DNA of 51,417 nt from an uncultured candidate division Zixibacteria bacterium (GTDB taxonomy: Bacteria > Zixibacteria > MSB-5A5 > UBA10806 > 4484-95), in NCBI GenBank assembly GCA_963668625.2, contig CAXXKA010000007.1, positions 1 through 51,417 on the forward strand. The letters are read 5' to 3'. Shown piece by piece: positions 10,690 through 21,697 of the stretch. Every line of letters starts with the position of its first letter. Positions within the stretch are counted from its first letter, which is position 1. The notes beneath the pieces were generated by a model. It saw only the letters and a list, made by a program, of their open reading frames with translations. It ran no database searches and was not told where the DNA came from. The position numbers and the translations under genes were made by a program.

Positions 10690-10988
10690 CTGTTACGGCA
10701 GGTTTAAAATTATCTAACTTATCTATTATCAATATCTTATACTATACTTTTCACTATATGTTTAAGCTAAAAAAATATTGCATTATGTTGAAAATTATAT
10801 ATATTTATTTCACTAGATCACGATTCTCAATAGAATGATTTCAGCTCGATTTCTGTTTAAAGTTTGGCGATAAGACAGTAGTTCTAACCTTATTATTTTT
10901 TGTAAACCTTTAGCAATGGAGGTGATGCTCATTTAATTAATTTTTAATAGAGTTGTTGTGTCTATTAAACTATCTCTGGGGAGTCCTT

Positions 10989-13900
10989 ATGAACAAACTT
11001 CAACTTACTCTGGTTGCCGCAATTGGTTTAATCATGATGATATGTTTAAACGCCTCCGCGGGAACCTACAGCGACGATTTCCATCAATATATTTCCGACA
11101 GGCAATCGGATGATTATGTCGGAGCTATTATCTCGATGGCAGACAGGGTTGATCTTGGTGAGCTGAAAGCCGAACTCTATGCCCGCAAAGCCAACAGGCA
11201 GCAGTGGCATGAGGCGGTCGTTTTAGCTCTTCAAGAGAAAGCCACCTATACTCAATCATCAATTCTAGCACAACTTGATGATTTACAGCGTCAGGGCCTG
11301 GTCGAAAGCTATCGCGGCCTGTGGTTGGGCAATATAGTGATTGTCGAGGCTACGCCCGAGGCATTATCTGTCCTGGTGCAAAGAGATGATGTAGATCAGA
11401 TTAATCCCGATTATATCCTCGAAGGTGATAAGCCGATAATCCGCGAGGAAGAGGAAAGACTTATTGCCACTGTCGAACCCGGTCTCTCGGCTATTCGTGC
11501 CGATGAGGTCTGGGCGATGGGATTCACCGGTGAAGGCCGTCTGGTAAGCCATCTCGATACGGGTGTTGACGGCGCTCATCCGGCGTTAAATGCCCGCTGG
11601 CGCGGTTACGATTCCCGCTATTCGGAAAACCCGGAATGGGCCTGGTTCGATCCGGTGACTAATACTACTTTCCCGTTCGATTCCGGCTCTCATGGTACTC
11701 ATACTATGGGCACGATATGTGGCCTGGGTGAGGCTACCGGCGATACGATCGGTGTGGCGTTCGGCGCCGAGTGGATGTCTGCCGGAGTTATCGATCGTGT
11801 TTCCATAGAACAAACGGTTGCTGATGCGCTACTGGCGTTCCAGTGGGTGGCGGACCCCGATGATAATCCCTCCACTGTTTGGGATGTTCCGGATGTGTGC
11901 TCCAATTCCTGGGGAGTCACCACCAGTCACGGCTACCCTCCGTGCGATCCGACATTCTGGGATGTTTTGGATGATTTAGAGGCAGCCGGTGTCGTGGTGG
12001 TATTTGCCGCCGGTAACGAGGGGCCGACTGCCAGCAGTTTAAGACGTCCCTCCGACAGGGCTACAGATGATTTGAACACGTTCTCGGTTGGAGCGGTGAA
12101 CGGTAACGATCCCAGTTTTCCGATTGCCAGTTTCTCCTCCCGTGGGCCATCATATTGCACGCCGGATGGCGAGCCTACTTTCAAACCCGAGGTCTCAGCG
12201 CCGGGCGATGGTGTCAGAAGCTCGATACCGGGCGGCGGTTACCAGGGGGGCTGGAGCGGCACCTCGATGGCCACTCCGCATATCGCGGGTGTTATCGCCT
12301 TGATGCGTCAGGCTAACCCGAACCTTACCACGGATCAGATCAAACAAATCCTTCTGGATACCGCTACCGACCTGGGAACCGAGGGTGAGGATAACGATTA
12401 TGGTATGGGCATCGTGGATGCCTACGAGGCCGTGCAACGAGCGCTGGCCTATCTCGAGGGTTGGGGTACGTTAGCCGGACAGATCACCGATGAGGCCAGT
12501 AGCGATCCTATTCACGGCGCTACAGTCTCGGTGCTCGATCGTCCCTGGCAAGCTACCTCCCGCGCTGACGGCTGGTATTACCTGTTTATGCCCGCCGATA
12601 CTTTGTACGATATAAAAGTAGATTACTCGCCTACTCATCTGCCGATATATGATGTTCAATCGGTAACGGAAAACGAGACAACGTATGTCGACTACGCTCT
12701 TGAGGGCAAGGTCTCGGTTACTTTAATCGCCTCGTTCGGCAATCCCGAGGACATTAACTATCGTTCGTTCTTCCTTAAAGGAAGTTGGGATAACGATGGT
12801 TTCTACGATGATTCGTGGTCGGGAGATTATATCGAAATAGCGGACGATGGCGAAGCTCCGGATGAAACCGCCGAGGACGGCATTTTTACCGGCCATCTGC
12901 TGTTGGCCAGCGATGAACTTAACACGTATAGCTGGGCAATATTCTCTGAAAATTACGGTGGTGATGACGCTCGCCTCGATGAGGGCGCCGATTTTGACAT
13001 ACCCGATTTGAATCCGCCGGTTGTTCCTACCCTGGAGGTAAATCCATCGGGTACGGAGAATAATTTCGTGTTCACCGCGGTCGGTGATAACGATTTATAT
13101 CTCGATCTGATGCCGGGCGTGGATAACAATGCCCGGAAATGGGGCGCCTCGGATTCGCTTCTCGAGGGCTTGACTTATACATTCAATTTCCAGACGATGC
13201 ATTCGGATCAGGTTACTTACGGTTCCGGCGGTGTCGGCGGCGCTGATATTCAGTTCACGCCCGAGGTCACCGGTGCGTACGATATCATTTTCAACGATTA
13301 TGATGATTCGTACCTGATCCAATTGACCGGTACCGAAGGGCCGCCAACGTTCGTGTCCGCGCAAAGCGGCTACGATGGTCATATCCCCGTGGGCTGGTTA
13401 CCTCCCGGTACTGTTGAAAGCCAGGAAGTAGCTTATGATGACGGCACGTTGGCAAACGGCTATTACTACTACGACTATACTTTCCTGATGGCAACGATGT
13501 TCGTGCCGGAAAGTTATCCGATGACTATCGACTCGGTGATGATACATGTGCTTACCGAGGGCGATGAGTATTGGCCCTGGCCGGACGGTAACCACGATCC
13601 TGTTGGAATTTACATATTCGTCGATGACGGCTCCGGTTATCCGCAGCCCGATCCGGTATTTTATACCGAAACCACCTGCGAACTCGGCCAGTGGATAAGG
13701 GTCGATGTCGATGAGGTGCTGGTCTCCGAGGGTAATTACTGGGTTGCGATGGCAAACCTCGCCAACGCCGCTAACTACGATGGTATAGGGGTGGACGTCT
13801 CAACCGATTATCCGGCCAACAAGTGGGCCAGGACGGATGGAGGCGCCTGGGGACTTCAGGATACATACGCCGGCGACCATATGATAAGGGCGAAGATATT

Positions 13901-16900
13901 CGGCGCTGATGCCGCCTCGTGGGTTGGTTATGATGATGCCAAGCCCGCCGACCTTATCGCTCCACAAATCAACAGCCTTCCCCAAAATCCCGGTCAGGTG
14001 GCCGGTACCGGTATGGTACGGAGCAAACCGAATCAATCTGACAGGCTCGCGTATTATCCACACATAATATCCGATCCGCCGGTTGTGCTGGAAACCGAGG
14101 TACTTGCCGGTTATAATCTCTACCGCGATACCTCGCCCGCGCCGTTCGATCGTGATATGCAGATCAATTCCGAGCTTATCACCGATACCTGGTATGATGA
14201 CTGGGGAGCCGATCCGTATGGCCCGATCGATAACGGCGTTCTGTATTACTATCAGGCCAGCGCCGTATACGATATCGGCGGCGGTGATTTCGTCGAGGTA
14301 GGGCCCTCGAACGAGACTACCGGTATGGCCGAAAATCATCCACCGGCAGCGCCTTACGAGCTGACCTCGGAAACGGTTGATCGTAATGTCAATCTCGAAT
14401 GGCTGTATGACGGCGCCTACGATTTCGACTATTTCAATATTTATCGTAAGCTAATGCCTTACGGTGAATGGGAAAATGTCGGAACCTCGGTTACGAACGG
14501 CTATACGGATGTTATCGAGGAGGGTGGTGATGGCACTTACGGCTATCGTGTTGCCGCTGTAGATAACGGCGATCCCGCTCTGGAGTCGGAATTCTCGAAT
14601 ACTATTTACGCTCTCGTTGGTACTCTTCCGCCCAATGGCTTGGTTGCTTTAAGCGGTTTCGAGTTTGCGGTGCCGCTGCGCTGGTTGTTGCCCGGTTCCT
14701 GGAGTTCGGGAGACAATACGCATGTGGATCCCGAATACCTGCCGGTATTAACCAGCGAATTCAATACTCTCAATGATGGTTCGGAAATAGAACGCGCATT
14801 CAAAGGTCTGACCGGTCCGGCGAATGATCCTGTCGTGCTCGATCAGGGTGGCCCGGATGAATTCGGTTATACCTGGATTGACTCGGATGAACCGGGAGGT
14901 CCGGTTTACGATTGGCGCGATATTACCGATGTAGGCGAGCTGATACCGATCACCAATGATGACCATAATATCGGCCCGATAGATATCGGTTTCGATTTCC
15001 CATTCTATGGTGAAACTTTCAGCACGTTCAATATTTGCTCCAACGGTTGGATTTCATTTACCAGTACCAATGCTGATTATTACAATCAACCCTTACCTGA
15101 TCCTGCAATGCCTTTGAATATGGTTGCGCCTTTCTGGGATGATATGTATCCGCCCAATGGCGGCGAGTACTGGTACTATTCTGATGGCTCCGAATGCGTG
15201 ATATCGTTTATCAATATACCGCATATATCGGAAGGCGGGCCATATACCTACCAGATTATCCTGCGGGCCACCGGGACGATTATCTACCAGTACGGGGAGA
15301 TGAACGATCCGTTGAATACCTGCACGGTCGGCATACAAAACGGTGATGGAACGATCGGCTTACAGGTCGTTTTCGATGCTGAATATATCCATAGCGATAT
15401 GGCTATCAGGCTGGGTACCGGCCCCGAGGGCGTGCCGCCGGTTCACTATAATCTATATCGTTCGACATCAAGTCCGGTGCCGATCGATCCGGGATACCTG
15501 TTGACCAGCGATATACCGGGTGAGGAAGTTTCTTATACCGACATGAGCGGTATTGTCAATGGCCAGACTTATTACTATGCCATGACAGCCACCTGGGCCG
15601 ATTCGGCCGAGTCGCCCGCCTCTAATGAGGCCGACGCGACTCCCGCCAATCATGAGCCGGAAGCTCCTACGGATCTCGAGGCGGCGGTTGATTATTTCGA
15701 CGTTAACCTTACCTGGGAATTCAACGATGTCATGGGTGATTTCGATCATTACAACATCTATCGTAAGTTAGTCGAAGAACCTGATTTCGAGCTTATCGGC
15801 GCAAGTGATGTTGATAGCTATACCGATGAGATCACCATAGGCGAGGATGGTGTTTACAATTATATCGTAACCGCCGTCGATAACGGTGACCCGGAACTTG
15901 AGTCCGCTAATTCCAATATGGCGTTCGCGCCGGTAGGCAATTTACCGCCGCTGAACCTGGTAGCTACCGATAATCAGGATTCCCATGTTCCGTTGCGGTG
16001 GTCGGCTCCGGGAGTTAGTCCATGTACGACCCTGGCCTGGGATGACGGAACGCTCGCCAACGGCTACTACTACTATGCCTCCGCCGATATCATGGCTAGC
16101 CATTTTATGGCGACCGCACCGGTTCAGATTTGCACTCTCTGGGTACATATACTCACCGAGGGTGATGAATACTGGCCGTGGCCCGATGGCAACCACGATC
16201 CTGTCAGGGTGACTGTCTGGGAAGGCGATGGCGAGGGATATCCCTCCACGATGATCGCCGAGCAGGTTGGCACCGCCGAGTATGGCGAGTGGCTGCGGAT
16301 TGTTTTGGATTCACCGGCAATATGTACTACCGATAATTTCTGGATTGGCGTGAATAATCTTTCGGACTCCGGGCCATACGATGGCTTGGGATTGGATGTA
16401 TCGACGGACTACCCCGAGCACAAATGGGCATTTGCCAGTGGCTCCTGGGGAGTTCAGGATACCTACGCCGGCGATCATATGATTCGCGTGGCAATAACCT
16501 CCAGTGGAGCCGCAGAAGTGCTTTCCGAGGAGATGCCGCTTAGCAGACATATGGATCAAGCTAAGGCGCAGGCTTTTTCCAAGCAAGCTTTGGAGAATAG
16601 TCCTGACAACCCGATGCCTTACGATACCGAGGAGATGCTGGGTTACTATATCTACCGCGATATATCGCCGGGCGTGCCTATCGATGATGCTTATCGTATT
16701 ACCGAGGATTACCTGCTGGAGACTTCCTATGATGACGATGATGTCGAAAATGGCTTGGACTACTACTATATTGTCGTAGCAGTGTACGATAACGACGGCG
16801 ATATCGAATTCTCAGAGCCATCCAACGAGGAAATGGGTACGCCGATGGCGCCGGGTGTTCTTTCGGTAGACCCGACCGAGATCGACACCTCGGCCTATTT

Positions 16901-18176
16901 GGGAAGCGAGATCATGAATGTCCCGATGACATTGACCAATAGCGGCGGATTACCGGTCGAATTCGAAATCGTCGTGGTTGGCGATCATGCCGCCGGCGAT
17001 CTTCCCTACCGTTATGAAACCGCCCAGGCCAAGTTCTCCAGTATATCTCATGACTACGAGAAATCGACTGTTGAACCTCAATCGGATAACTCGCCGGTGA
17101 TCACCGATTTCGGCGGCCCGGATGAGTTCGGCTACACCTGGATCGATTCGGATGAGGAAAACGGCCCGCATTATGACTGGGTTGATATTACCGGCGTAGG
17201 CGAGGCTCTTTCCATGTCGGATGACGACAACCAGGGGCCGTTCGGTATCAATTTCGATTTCCCGTTCTACGGCCAGGAATTCAACACGCTCAGGATTTGC
17301 TCGAACGGCTGGATTTCGTTTACCAGTAGCAATACATCATATAGCAACTACGGAATTCCGGGGACAAGCGCGCCTGAAAATCTGGTCGCGCCGTTCTGGG
17401 ATGATATGGATCCTACGTCAGGCGGAATGATCTATTACTATTCCTCGGATGATTCCGCGATAGTGTCGTGGGTTGATATGCCGCATTACGATGAGGGTGG
17501 ACCATACACCTATCAGATTATCCTCACCTCGGCCGGTACTATCACTTTCCAGTATATGTACATGTACGAGCCGCTAAACAGCGCCACGATCGGTATTCAA
17601 GATGCCTCGCAGACAGTTGGTTTGCAGATTGCTTTCGATCAGTATTATATACATGATGGGATGGCTGTCGAAATCAACACGCCGTGGCTGGATGTCAGCG
17701 AGTATGATGGCGAGGTTATGCCAGGAGAAGATTTCGACCTGTACGCTATCCTGGATTGTACCATGCTCGAACATGGCGTTCATACCGGTATGATTGCGAT
17801 AAGCTGCTGGGATATGAATCACGATCTGCCGTTAATGGAAGTTCCGGTCATACTTGATATGATGACCGATATCGACGATAATTTCGTACTATTACCGCAA
17901 TCGTTCGCGCTGGATCAGAACTACCCTAATCCGTTCAACGCCAAAACGGAGATCAGGTATGCTCTGCCGGTCGAAAGCGATGTCAGGCTGGAGGTCTACA
18001 ACGTACTTGGCCAGAGGGTTTCCAAGCTGGTTGACACCAAGCAGCAGCCGGGTTACCACACGTTTGTCTGGGATGGTACCAACTCCAGCGGCGAGGTTGT
18101 CGCCTCGGGTATGTATATGTACAAGTTGATTACCTCCGAGGATGTATTCGTGAAGAAGATGCTACTTCTGAAATAA
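10989..18176 (+). CDS. Giant secreted S8 (subtilisin-like) serine peptidase with repeated accessory modules and FlgD/T9SS-like CTD
   Basis: Signal peptide from ATG 10989. Triad LDTGVDGAHP, HGTHTMGT, GTSMATPHIAG. FN3-like segments, two duplicated domain types, NYPNPFN...VASGMYMYKL tail. Confidence 0.93.
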   Translation: MNKLQLTLVAAIGLIMMICLNASAGTYSDDFHQYISDRQSDDYVGAIISMADRVDLGELKAELYARKANRQQWHEAVVLALQEKATYTQSSILAQLDDLQRQGLVESYRGLWLGNIVIVEATPEALSVLVQRDDVDQINPDYILEGDKPIIREEEERLIATVEPGLSAIRADEVWAMGFTGEGRLVSHLDTGVDGAHPALNARWRGYDSRYSENPEWAWFDPVTNTTFPFDSGSHGTHTMGTICGLGEATGDTIGVAFGAEWMSAGVIDRVSIEQTVADALLAFQWVADPDDNPSTVWDVPDVCSNSWGVTTSHGYPPCDPTFWDVLDDLEAAGVVVVFAAGNEGPTASSLRRPSDRATDDLNTFSVGAVNGNDPSFPIASFSSRGPSYCTPDGEPTFKPEVSAPGDGVRSSIPGGGYQGGWSGTSMATPHIAGVIALMRQANPNLTTDQIKQILLDTATDLGTEGEDNDYGMGIVDAYEAVQRALAYLEGWGTLAGQITDEASSDPIHGATVSVLDRPWQATSRADGWYYLFMPADTLYDIKVDYSPTHLPIYDVQSVTENETTYVDYALEGKVSVTLIASFGNPEDINYRSFFLKGSWDNDGFYDDSWSGDYIEIADDGEAPDETAEDGIFTGHLLLASDELNTYSWAIFSENYGGDDARLDEGADFDIPDLNPPVVPTLEVNPSGTENNFVFTAVGDNDLYLDLMPGVDNNARKWGASDSLLEGLTYTFNFQTMHSDQVTYGSGGVGGADIQFTPEVTGAYDIIFNDYDDSYLIQLTGTEGPPTFVSAQSGYDGHIPVGWLPPGTVESQEVAYDDGTLANGYYYYDYTFLMATMFVPESYPMTIDSVMIHVLTEGDEYWPWPDGNHDPVGIYIFVDDGSGYPQPDPVFYTETTCELGQWIRVDVDEVLVSEGNYWVAMANLANAANYDGIGVDVSTDYPANKWARTDGGAWGLQDTYAGDHMIRAKIFGADAASWVGYDDAKPADLIAPQINSLPQNPGQVAGTGMVRSKPNQSDRLAYYPHIISDPPVVLETEVLAGYNLYRDTSPAPFDRDMQINSELITDTWYDDWGADPYGPIDNGVLYYYQASAVYDIGGGDFVEVGPSNETTGMAENHPPAAPYELTSETVDRNVNLEWLYDGAYDFDYFNIYRKLMPYGEWENVGTSVTNGYTDVIEEGGDGTYGYRVAAVDNGDPALESEFSNTIYALVGTLPPNGLVALSGFEFAVPLRWLLPGSWSSGDNTHVDPEYLPVLTSEFNTLNDGSEIERAFKGLTGPANDPVVLDQGGPDEFGYTWIDSDEPGGPVYDWRDITDVGELIPITNDDHNIGPIDIGFDFPFYGETFSTFNICSNGWISFTSTNADYYNQPLPDPAMPLNMVAPFWDDMYPPNGGEYWYYSDGSECVISFINIPHISEGGPYTYQIILRATGTIIYQYGEMNDPLNTCTVGIQNGDGTIGLQVVFDAEYIHSDMAIRLGTGPEGVPPVHYNLYRSTSSPVPIDPGYLLTSDIPGEEVSYTDMSGIVNGQTYYYAMTATWADSAESPASNEADATPANHEPEAPTDLEAAVDYFDVNLTWEFNDVMGDFDHYNIYRKLVEEPDFELIGASDVDSYTDEITIGEDGVYNYIVTAVDNGDPELESANSNMAFAPVGNLPPLNLVATDNQDSHVPLRWSAPGVSPCTTLAWDDGTLANGYYYYASADIMASHFMATAPVQICTLWVHILTEGDEYWPWPDGNHDPVRVTVWEGDGEGYPSTMIAEQVGTAEYGEWLRIVLDSPAICTTDNFWIGVNNLSDSGPYDGLGLDVSTDYPEHKWAFASGSWGVQDTYAGDHMIRVAITSSGAAEVLSEEMPLSRHMDQAKAQAFSKQALENSPDNPMPYDTEEMLGYYIYRDISPGVPIDDAYRITEDYLLETSYDDDDVENGLDYYYIVVAVYDNDGDIEFSEPSNEEMGTPMAPGVLSVDPTEIDTSAYLGSEIMNVPMTLTNSGGLPVEFEIVVVGDHAAGDLPYRYETAQAKFSSISHDYEKSTVEPQSDNSPVITDFGGPDEFGYTWIDSDEENGPHYDWVDITGVGEALSMSDDDNQGPFGINFDFPFYGQEFNTLRICSNGWISFTSSNTSYSNYGIPGTSAPENLVAPFWDDMDPTSGGMIYYYSSDDSAIVSWVDMPHYDEGGPYTYQIILTSAGTITFQYMYMYEPLNSATIGIQDASQTVGLQIAFDQYYIHDGMAVEINTPWLDVSEYDGEVMPGEDFDLYAILDCTMLEHGVHTGMIAISCWDMNHDLPLMEVPVILDMMTDIDDNFVLLPQSFALDQNYPNPFNAKTEIRYALPVESDVRLEVYNVLGQRVSKLVDTKQQPGYHTFVWDGTNSSGEVVASGMYMYKLITSEDVFVKKMLLLK

Positions 18177-18201
18177 ACCTGTTCGAACTCCGATAAACTC
18201 T

Positions 18202-18231
18202 AACGGGCGGCCGCGAGGTCGCCCGTTTTTT
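18202..18231 (+). terminator. Intrinsic terminator of the S8 peptidase gene
   Basis: aacgggcggcc-GCGA-ggtcgcccgtt followed by a T run. Confidence 0.88.
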
Positions 18232-18572
18232 AATTGATCCTAAGAACCACCGGTTTGTCCGGTGTATGTGTTTGAGGCGAAGCGTTTGTAGAAGAGCCTG
18301 TCCCGATCGGGGAGCCGGGACTCAGAAGGGGAGGGTGAACTGCAATATAAAGTAAAGAATCCTTCCCCAACCCCTGGACCTTTAATCAAATTCAGGATGA
18401 CATAGTCGACTTAAGTCGGCAGGATGAGAGCCACCGGCCCTGTGACCTGTTGTAGCTTATAAAAATCATTTTGTTTAAATATATGATGATATTGTGGCAG
18501 GTAAAAGATAGAACCACTGAAGGGATCTCTTTCCGATTGGATATTTTGCCCGGTCGGTTCCGGTTAGCTTGC

Positions 18573-18926
18573 TTACTTTTTATAGCCGGCTAAATCTATA
18601 CCATAGTTTGGGGCGTGACGTTGGATTATGCCGAGTTCGCCCAGACCGGCTATTATCAACGAATCGAGTACCGAGCGGATTTTAGCTTTTACTTGCTCAC
18701 GTTCATAAATTAGTTGAACCGAGATCAGGTTGTCATACTCCTGGTCATCCATTAGATGTTTGGCAACCTCGCGTTCTCGGCCGATTCCAGCTTTCTCGGC
18801 CTGACGTCTGTTCATAGCTATCAACTCCGTTAATTCGAATTCTTTCTTGGCCAGTTCGCCCAGCTCTTTAAGAAGCTCGAGTTGATCTTTTGATAATTTT
18901 TTTATGACTTCGGGTGTTAAATCCAT
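18573..18926 (-). CDS. Hypothetical helical protein, last gene of the partner-switching operon
   Basis: 117 aa, GGAG RBS, starts 14 bp after the PP2C gene on the same strand. Confidence 0.75.
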   Translation of the reverse strand: MDLTPEVIKKLSKDQLELLKELGELAKKEFELTELIAMNRRQAEKAGIGREREVAKHLMDDQEYDNLISVQLIYEREQVKAKIRSVLDSLIIAGLGELGIIQRHAPNYGIDLAGYKK

Positions 18927-18940
18927 GCCTTACTCCGGTT

Positions 18941-21151
18941 CTATTTAGCTTTAATTACCACCACGGTCATATCATCCATCTCCTCGGCGTTATGCGTTGC
19001 GAATTGACGAATGCTTTTGATCATATGACCGATTATAAACTGCGCCGATTTGGAGGACGCCTCCCTGACCGATTGAATCAACCTCTCCTCGCCGTATTCC
19101 TCGCCGTCCTCGCTGAACGCCTCCGATAGACCATCGGTGTAGATAACCAGGATATCGCCGCTGTTCAACTTTACGGTCGCAGGCTGGTATTTGCTGCCCG
19201 GCAGGGCGCCTAAAATCAAACCGCCATCGGTCAGGTATTCTATGCTTTTATCCTTATGCAGTATGAACGGATAATTATGACCGGCATTACAGAACCCAAA
19301 ATCACGCTTGTTCAAATCGAGTTCTCCGTAAAACATAGTAACGAATTTGTCAGGCGAGGTCGAGTTAACCAGGAATTCATTGACGCCTGCTATCATGGTG
19401 TCCTGCGGTAGCCCTCGGTTGCCCTCCGATTGCAGCACCGCCTGCAATCGGGCGACTAACAGGGCCGCGCCGACACCCTTACCGGAAACATCCGCCACCA
19501 CCACGCAGATATTACCGTTATCCGATAAGATAAAATCGTAGTAGTCTCCTCCGACCTGACGCGAGGGATGGTTGAAGGCCGCGAACTCGTAGTTTTCGTG
19601 CTCCGGTACTTTTTTAGGCAGAAGATCAAGTTGTATCTGGCGGGCTACTGCCAACTCCTCCTCGAGACGTTGTTTCTCAATCGACTCGGCGTACAACTTG
19701 GAATTGTTCAACGAAACCACTACCTGATTGGCCAGCACCGATAAAAGCGAGATATCCTCGTAAGTGTAGCGGAAATTAGCCACTTTGGCCGAGGTGGCTA
19801 TTAGCCCGACCAGCCGACCTTTATCGGTTAACGGCACCAACAACTGGCAGTTGATTTCCAGCATGTAGCTTGTTATCGAGCCGCCCCGGGCAAGACGTTT
19901 GATATTATTCAAAAATATTGGATTTTGCTTTTCGAGAAGGAGCAGATTTATCTCCTCCTCGAGGCTGAATTCCCTCGAATCACCGATTATCTTAAACGTG
20001 CCGGTCGATTTTTTAAACAACGCGAAATAAGTTCGTTCTATGAACATCTCTCGGTTCAAGGTATCGCCGACGAGAGTTGCCAGCCGGACTTTATCGAATA
20101 CCGCTACCAATTCGCGCGAGAGCTCCTCCATCACGTAACGGTAGTCGCTTCTACTGCGAATGAATATCCGTCTGACAAAATCATCCACCTGCGTATATAT
20201 GGGCTGGAAGAAGAACAGCATGATTACCACCACCATCATGTCGAGTATACGCGACTGGATTCCGAAAACATTGGAGAATATATCGGAAAGCTGGTTTATG
20301 ATAAGCAGGTAACCGCCTACGACGATAGCTGTTGTCATGCTATAAACCAGGCTCTGCCGGGCGATCAAACCGATATCGAGGAAGCGATACTTGATAATCG
20401 CCCAGGCGATCGCACCCGGCCCGACTATCAATGCGGTGAGAATCATTATTTCCTGCACCGCCTCAGGCATACGTATCGAGAGTATGGTGGGAATTATCAT
20501 AGCCAGCACGTATATGCCCACGGCTGCGATAACGCCGGCTATCACTACTTTTACCTGTGTTTTAAGCGCCGGATTCGTCACCCTCCTGAAACCGCGCGAC
20601 AGGAAGTAAATCGATAGAATGACGTAGGTCAGATTGATGAGCGAGAAGAATTTGTTATGGAACGAGTACAAGAATCCGAAAAATGTCGCGACAATTTTCA
20701 ACAGCGATAAAATGACATCCAGGAAGAAACCGATTATCGGCATTGAGGTATCGATATCCAGGGCGGCTACCATTTTGTCAGGATCGTTCAAAGCAACCGC
20801 TATTAATACATGAAAGATATGCGGTACGTAAGCAAGTTGCAGTAATCGTTTGTGACGTTTATAAACCGGTAACGGCTCCGGGAACAGAACCGAAAAGATC
20901 AGAAGTGTGGGGAAGAATAGTTCCCAGATATAGAAGATGTTGGTAATCGATTGGGAGATACGGTCAGGTTCTATTATGATCGTATCGAACACCGAAACCA
21001 TTAACGAGGCGATACCGGCAAAAAACAACATCCCGGCAGTTGCTCTGTTTTGTGATGATCTAACGTTTTCTTTTAAGATGATACCGGCTGTCAGAAACAG
21101 CACTATAGCGGAGGCCAGGTAGATAAGGGATATTAAGAAATACAAACTCAT
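18941..21151 (-). CDS. Membrane-bound RsbU/SpoIIE-family PP2C phosphatase (multi-TM sensor + GAF + PP2C)
   Basis: VGGDYYDF, VADVSGKGVGAAL, NAGH, YTDGL, DDMT motifs. Multi-TM N-terminus and GAF-like segment. Confidence 0.93.
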   Translation of the reverse strand: MSLYFLISLIYLASAIVLFLTAGIILKENVRSSQNRATAGMLFFAGIASLMVSVFDTIIIEPDRISQSITNIFYIWELFFPTLLIFSVLFPEPLPVYKRHKRLLQLAYVPHIFHVLIAVALNDPDKMVAALDIDTSMPIIGFFLDVILSLLKIVATFFGFLYSFHNKFFSLINLTYVILSIYFLSRGFRRVTNPALKTQVKVVIAGVIAAVGIYVLAMIIPTILSIRMPEAVQEIMILTALIVGPGAIAWAIIKYRFLDIGLIARQSLVYSMTTAIVVGGYLLIINQLSDIFSNVFGIQSRILDMMVVVIMLFFFQPIYTQVDDFVRRIFIRSRSDYRYVMEELSRELVAVFDKVRLATLVGDTLNREMFIERTYFALFKKSTGTFKIIGDSREFSLEEEINLLLLEKQNPIFLNNIKRLARGGSITSYMLEINCQLLVPLTDKGRLVGLIATSAKVANFRYTYEDISLLSVLANQVVVSLNNSKLYAESIEKQRLEEELAVARQIQLDLLPKKVPEHENYEFAAFNHPSRQVGGDYYDFILSDNGNICVVVADVSGKGVGAALLVARLQAVLQSEGNRGLPQDTMIAGVNEFLVNSTSPDKFVTMFYGELDLNKRDFGFCNAGHNYPFILHKDKSIEYLTDGGLILGALPGSKYQPATVKLNSGDILVIYTDGLSEAFSEDGEEYGEERLIQSVREASSKSAQFIIGHMIKSIRQFATHNAEEMDDMTVVVIKAK

Positions 21152-21179
21152 CCAGTACCGGGCCGGTTAATGATGGGGG

Positions 21180-21605
21180 TTAATCGTTTAAGTCTTTTTT
21201 CATCACTACCTCGGTACCGTTTCCGGTTACTTTGAAATCGACCGAATTCATTAGTGATTTTACGATGAAAATTCCTCTGCCAACCTGTTTTAAAAGGTTG
21301 TCTTTTTCCAGGGGATCGGGAAGGCTGTCCGGGTCGAATCCCGGGCCCTGATCTTTGATAGAGATGGTCGCTTCGGAATCGCTGAACTCGACAGTTACCG
21401 TAACCGGCTTGCTTCGATTACCCTCACTGCCATATTCGATAGCGTTGTTGACTATTTCAGATACGGAGATGGCGAAATCGGCAATGGTAGATTTGGCTAC
21501 GCCTTTTTGGCCGAAAGTCTCATAAATGAAATCATCGACAGCCGCCAGAAATAGAGCATCCGAGGGAATCGTGATCGAGTTGCCTGATATTTCAGGTTTA
21601 TCCAT
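21180..21605 (-). CDS. Anti-sigma factor Ser kinase (RsbW-like)
   Basis: HATPase_c_2 motifs SEIVNNAIEYG, DQGPGFDP, GRGIFIVKSLM. Confidence 0.9.
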   Translation of the reverse strand: MDKPEISGNSITIPSDALFLAAVDDFIYETFGQKGVAKSTIADFAISVSEIVNNAIEYGSEGNRSKPVTVTVEFSDSEATISIKDQGPGFDPDSLPDPLEKDNLLKQVGRGIFIVKSLMNSVDFKVTGNGTEVVMKKDLND

Positions 21606-21697
21606 ATGATACTCCAGGTAATCTCAGTTAAAAACGATTGCCGGGTGATGCCTTGAGTTACTGGTTCGTTATGGCACCACCCCGCGGAATTTTGGTG

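Noticed and set aside
19925-20617. 230-aa plus-strand ORF and other long antisense ORFs
   Set aside because: Shadow frames of well-supported genes, with no recognisable motifs.
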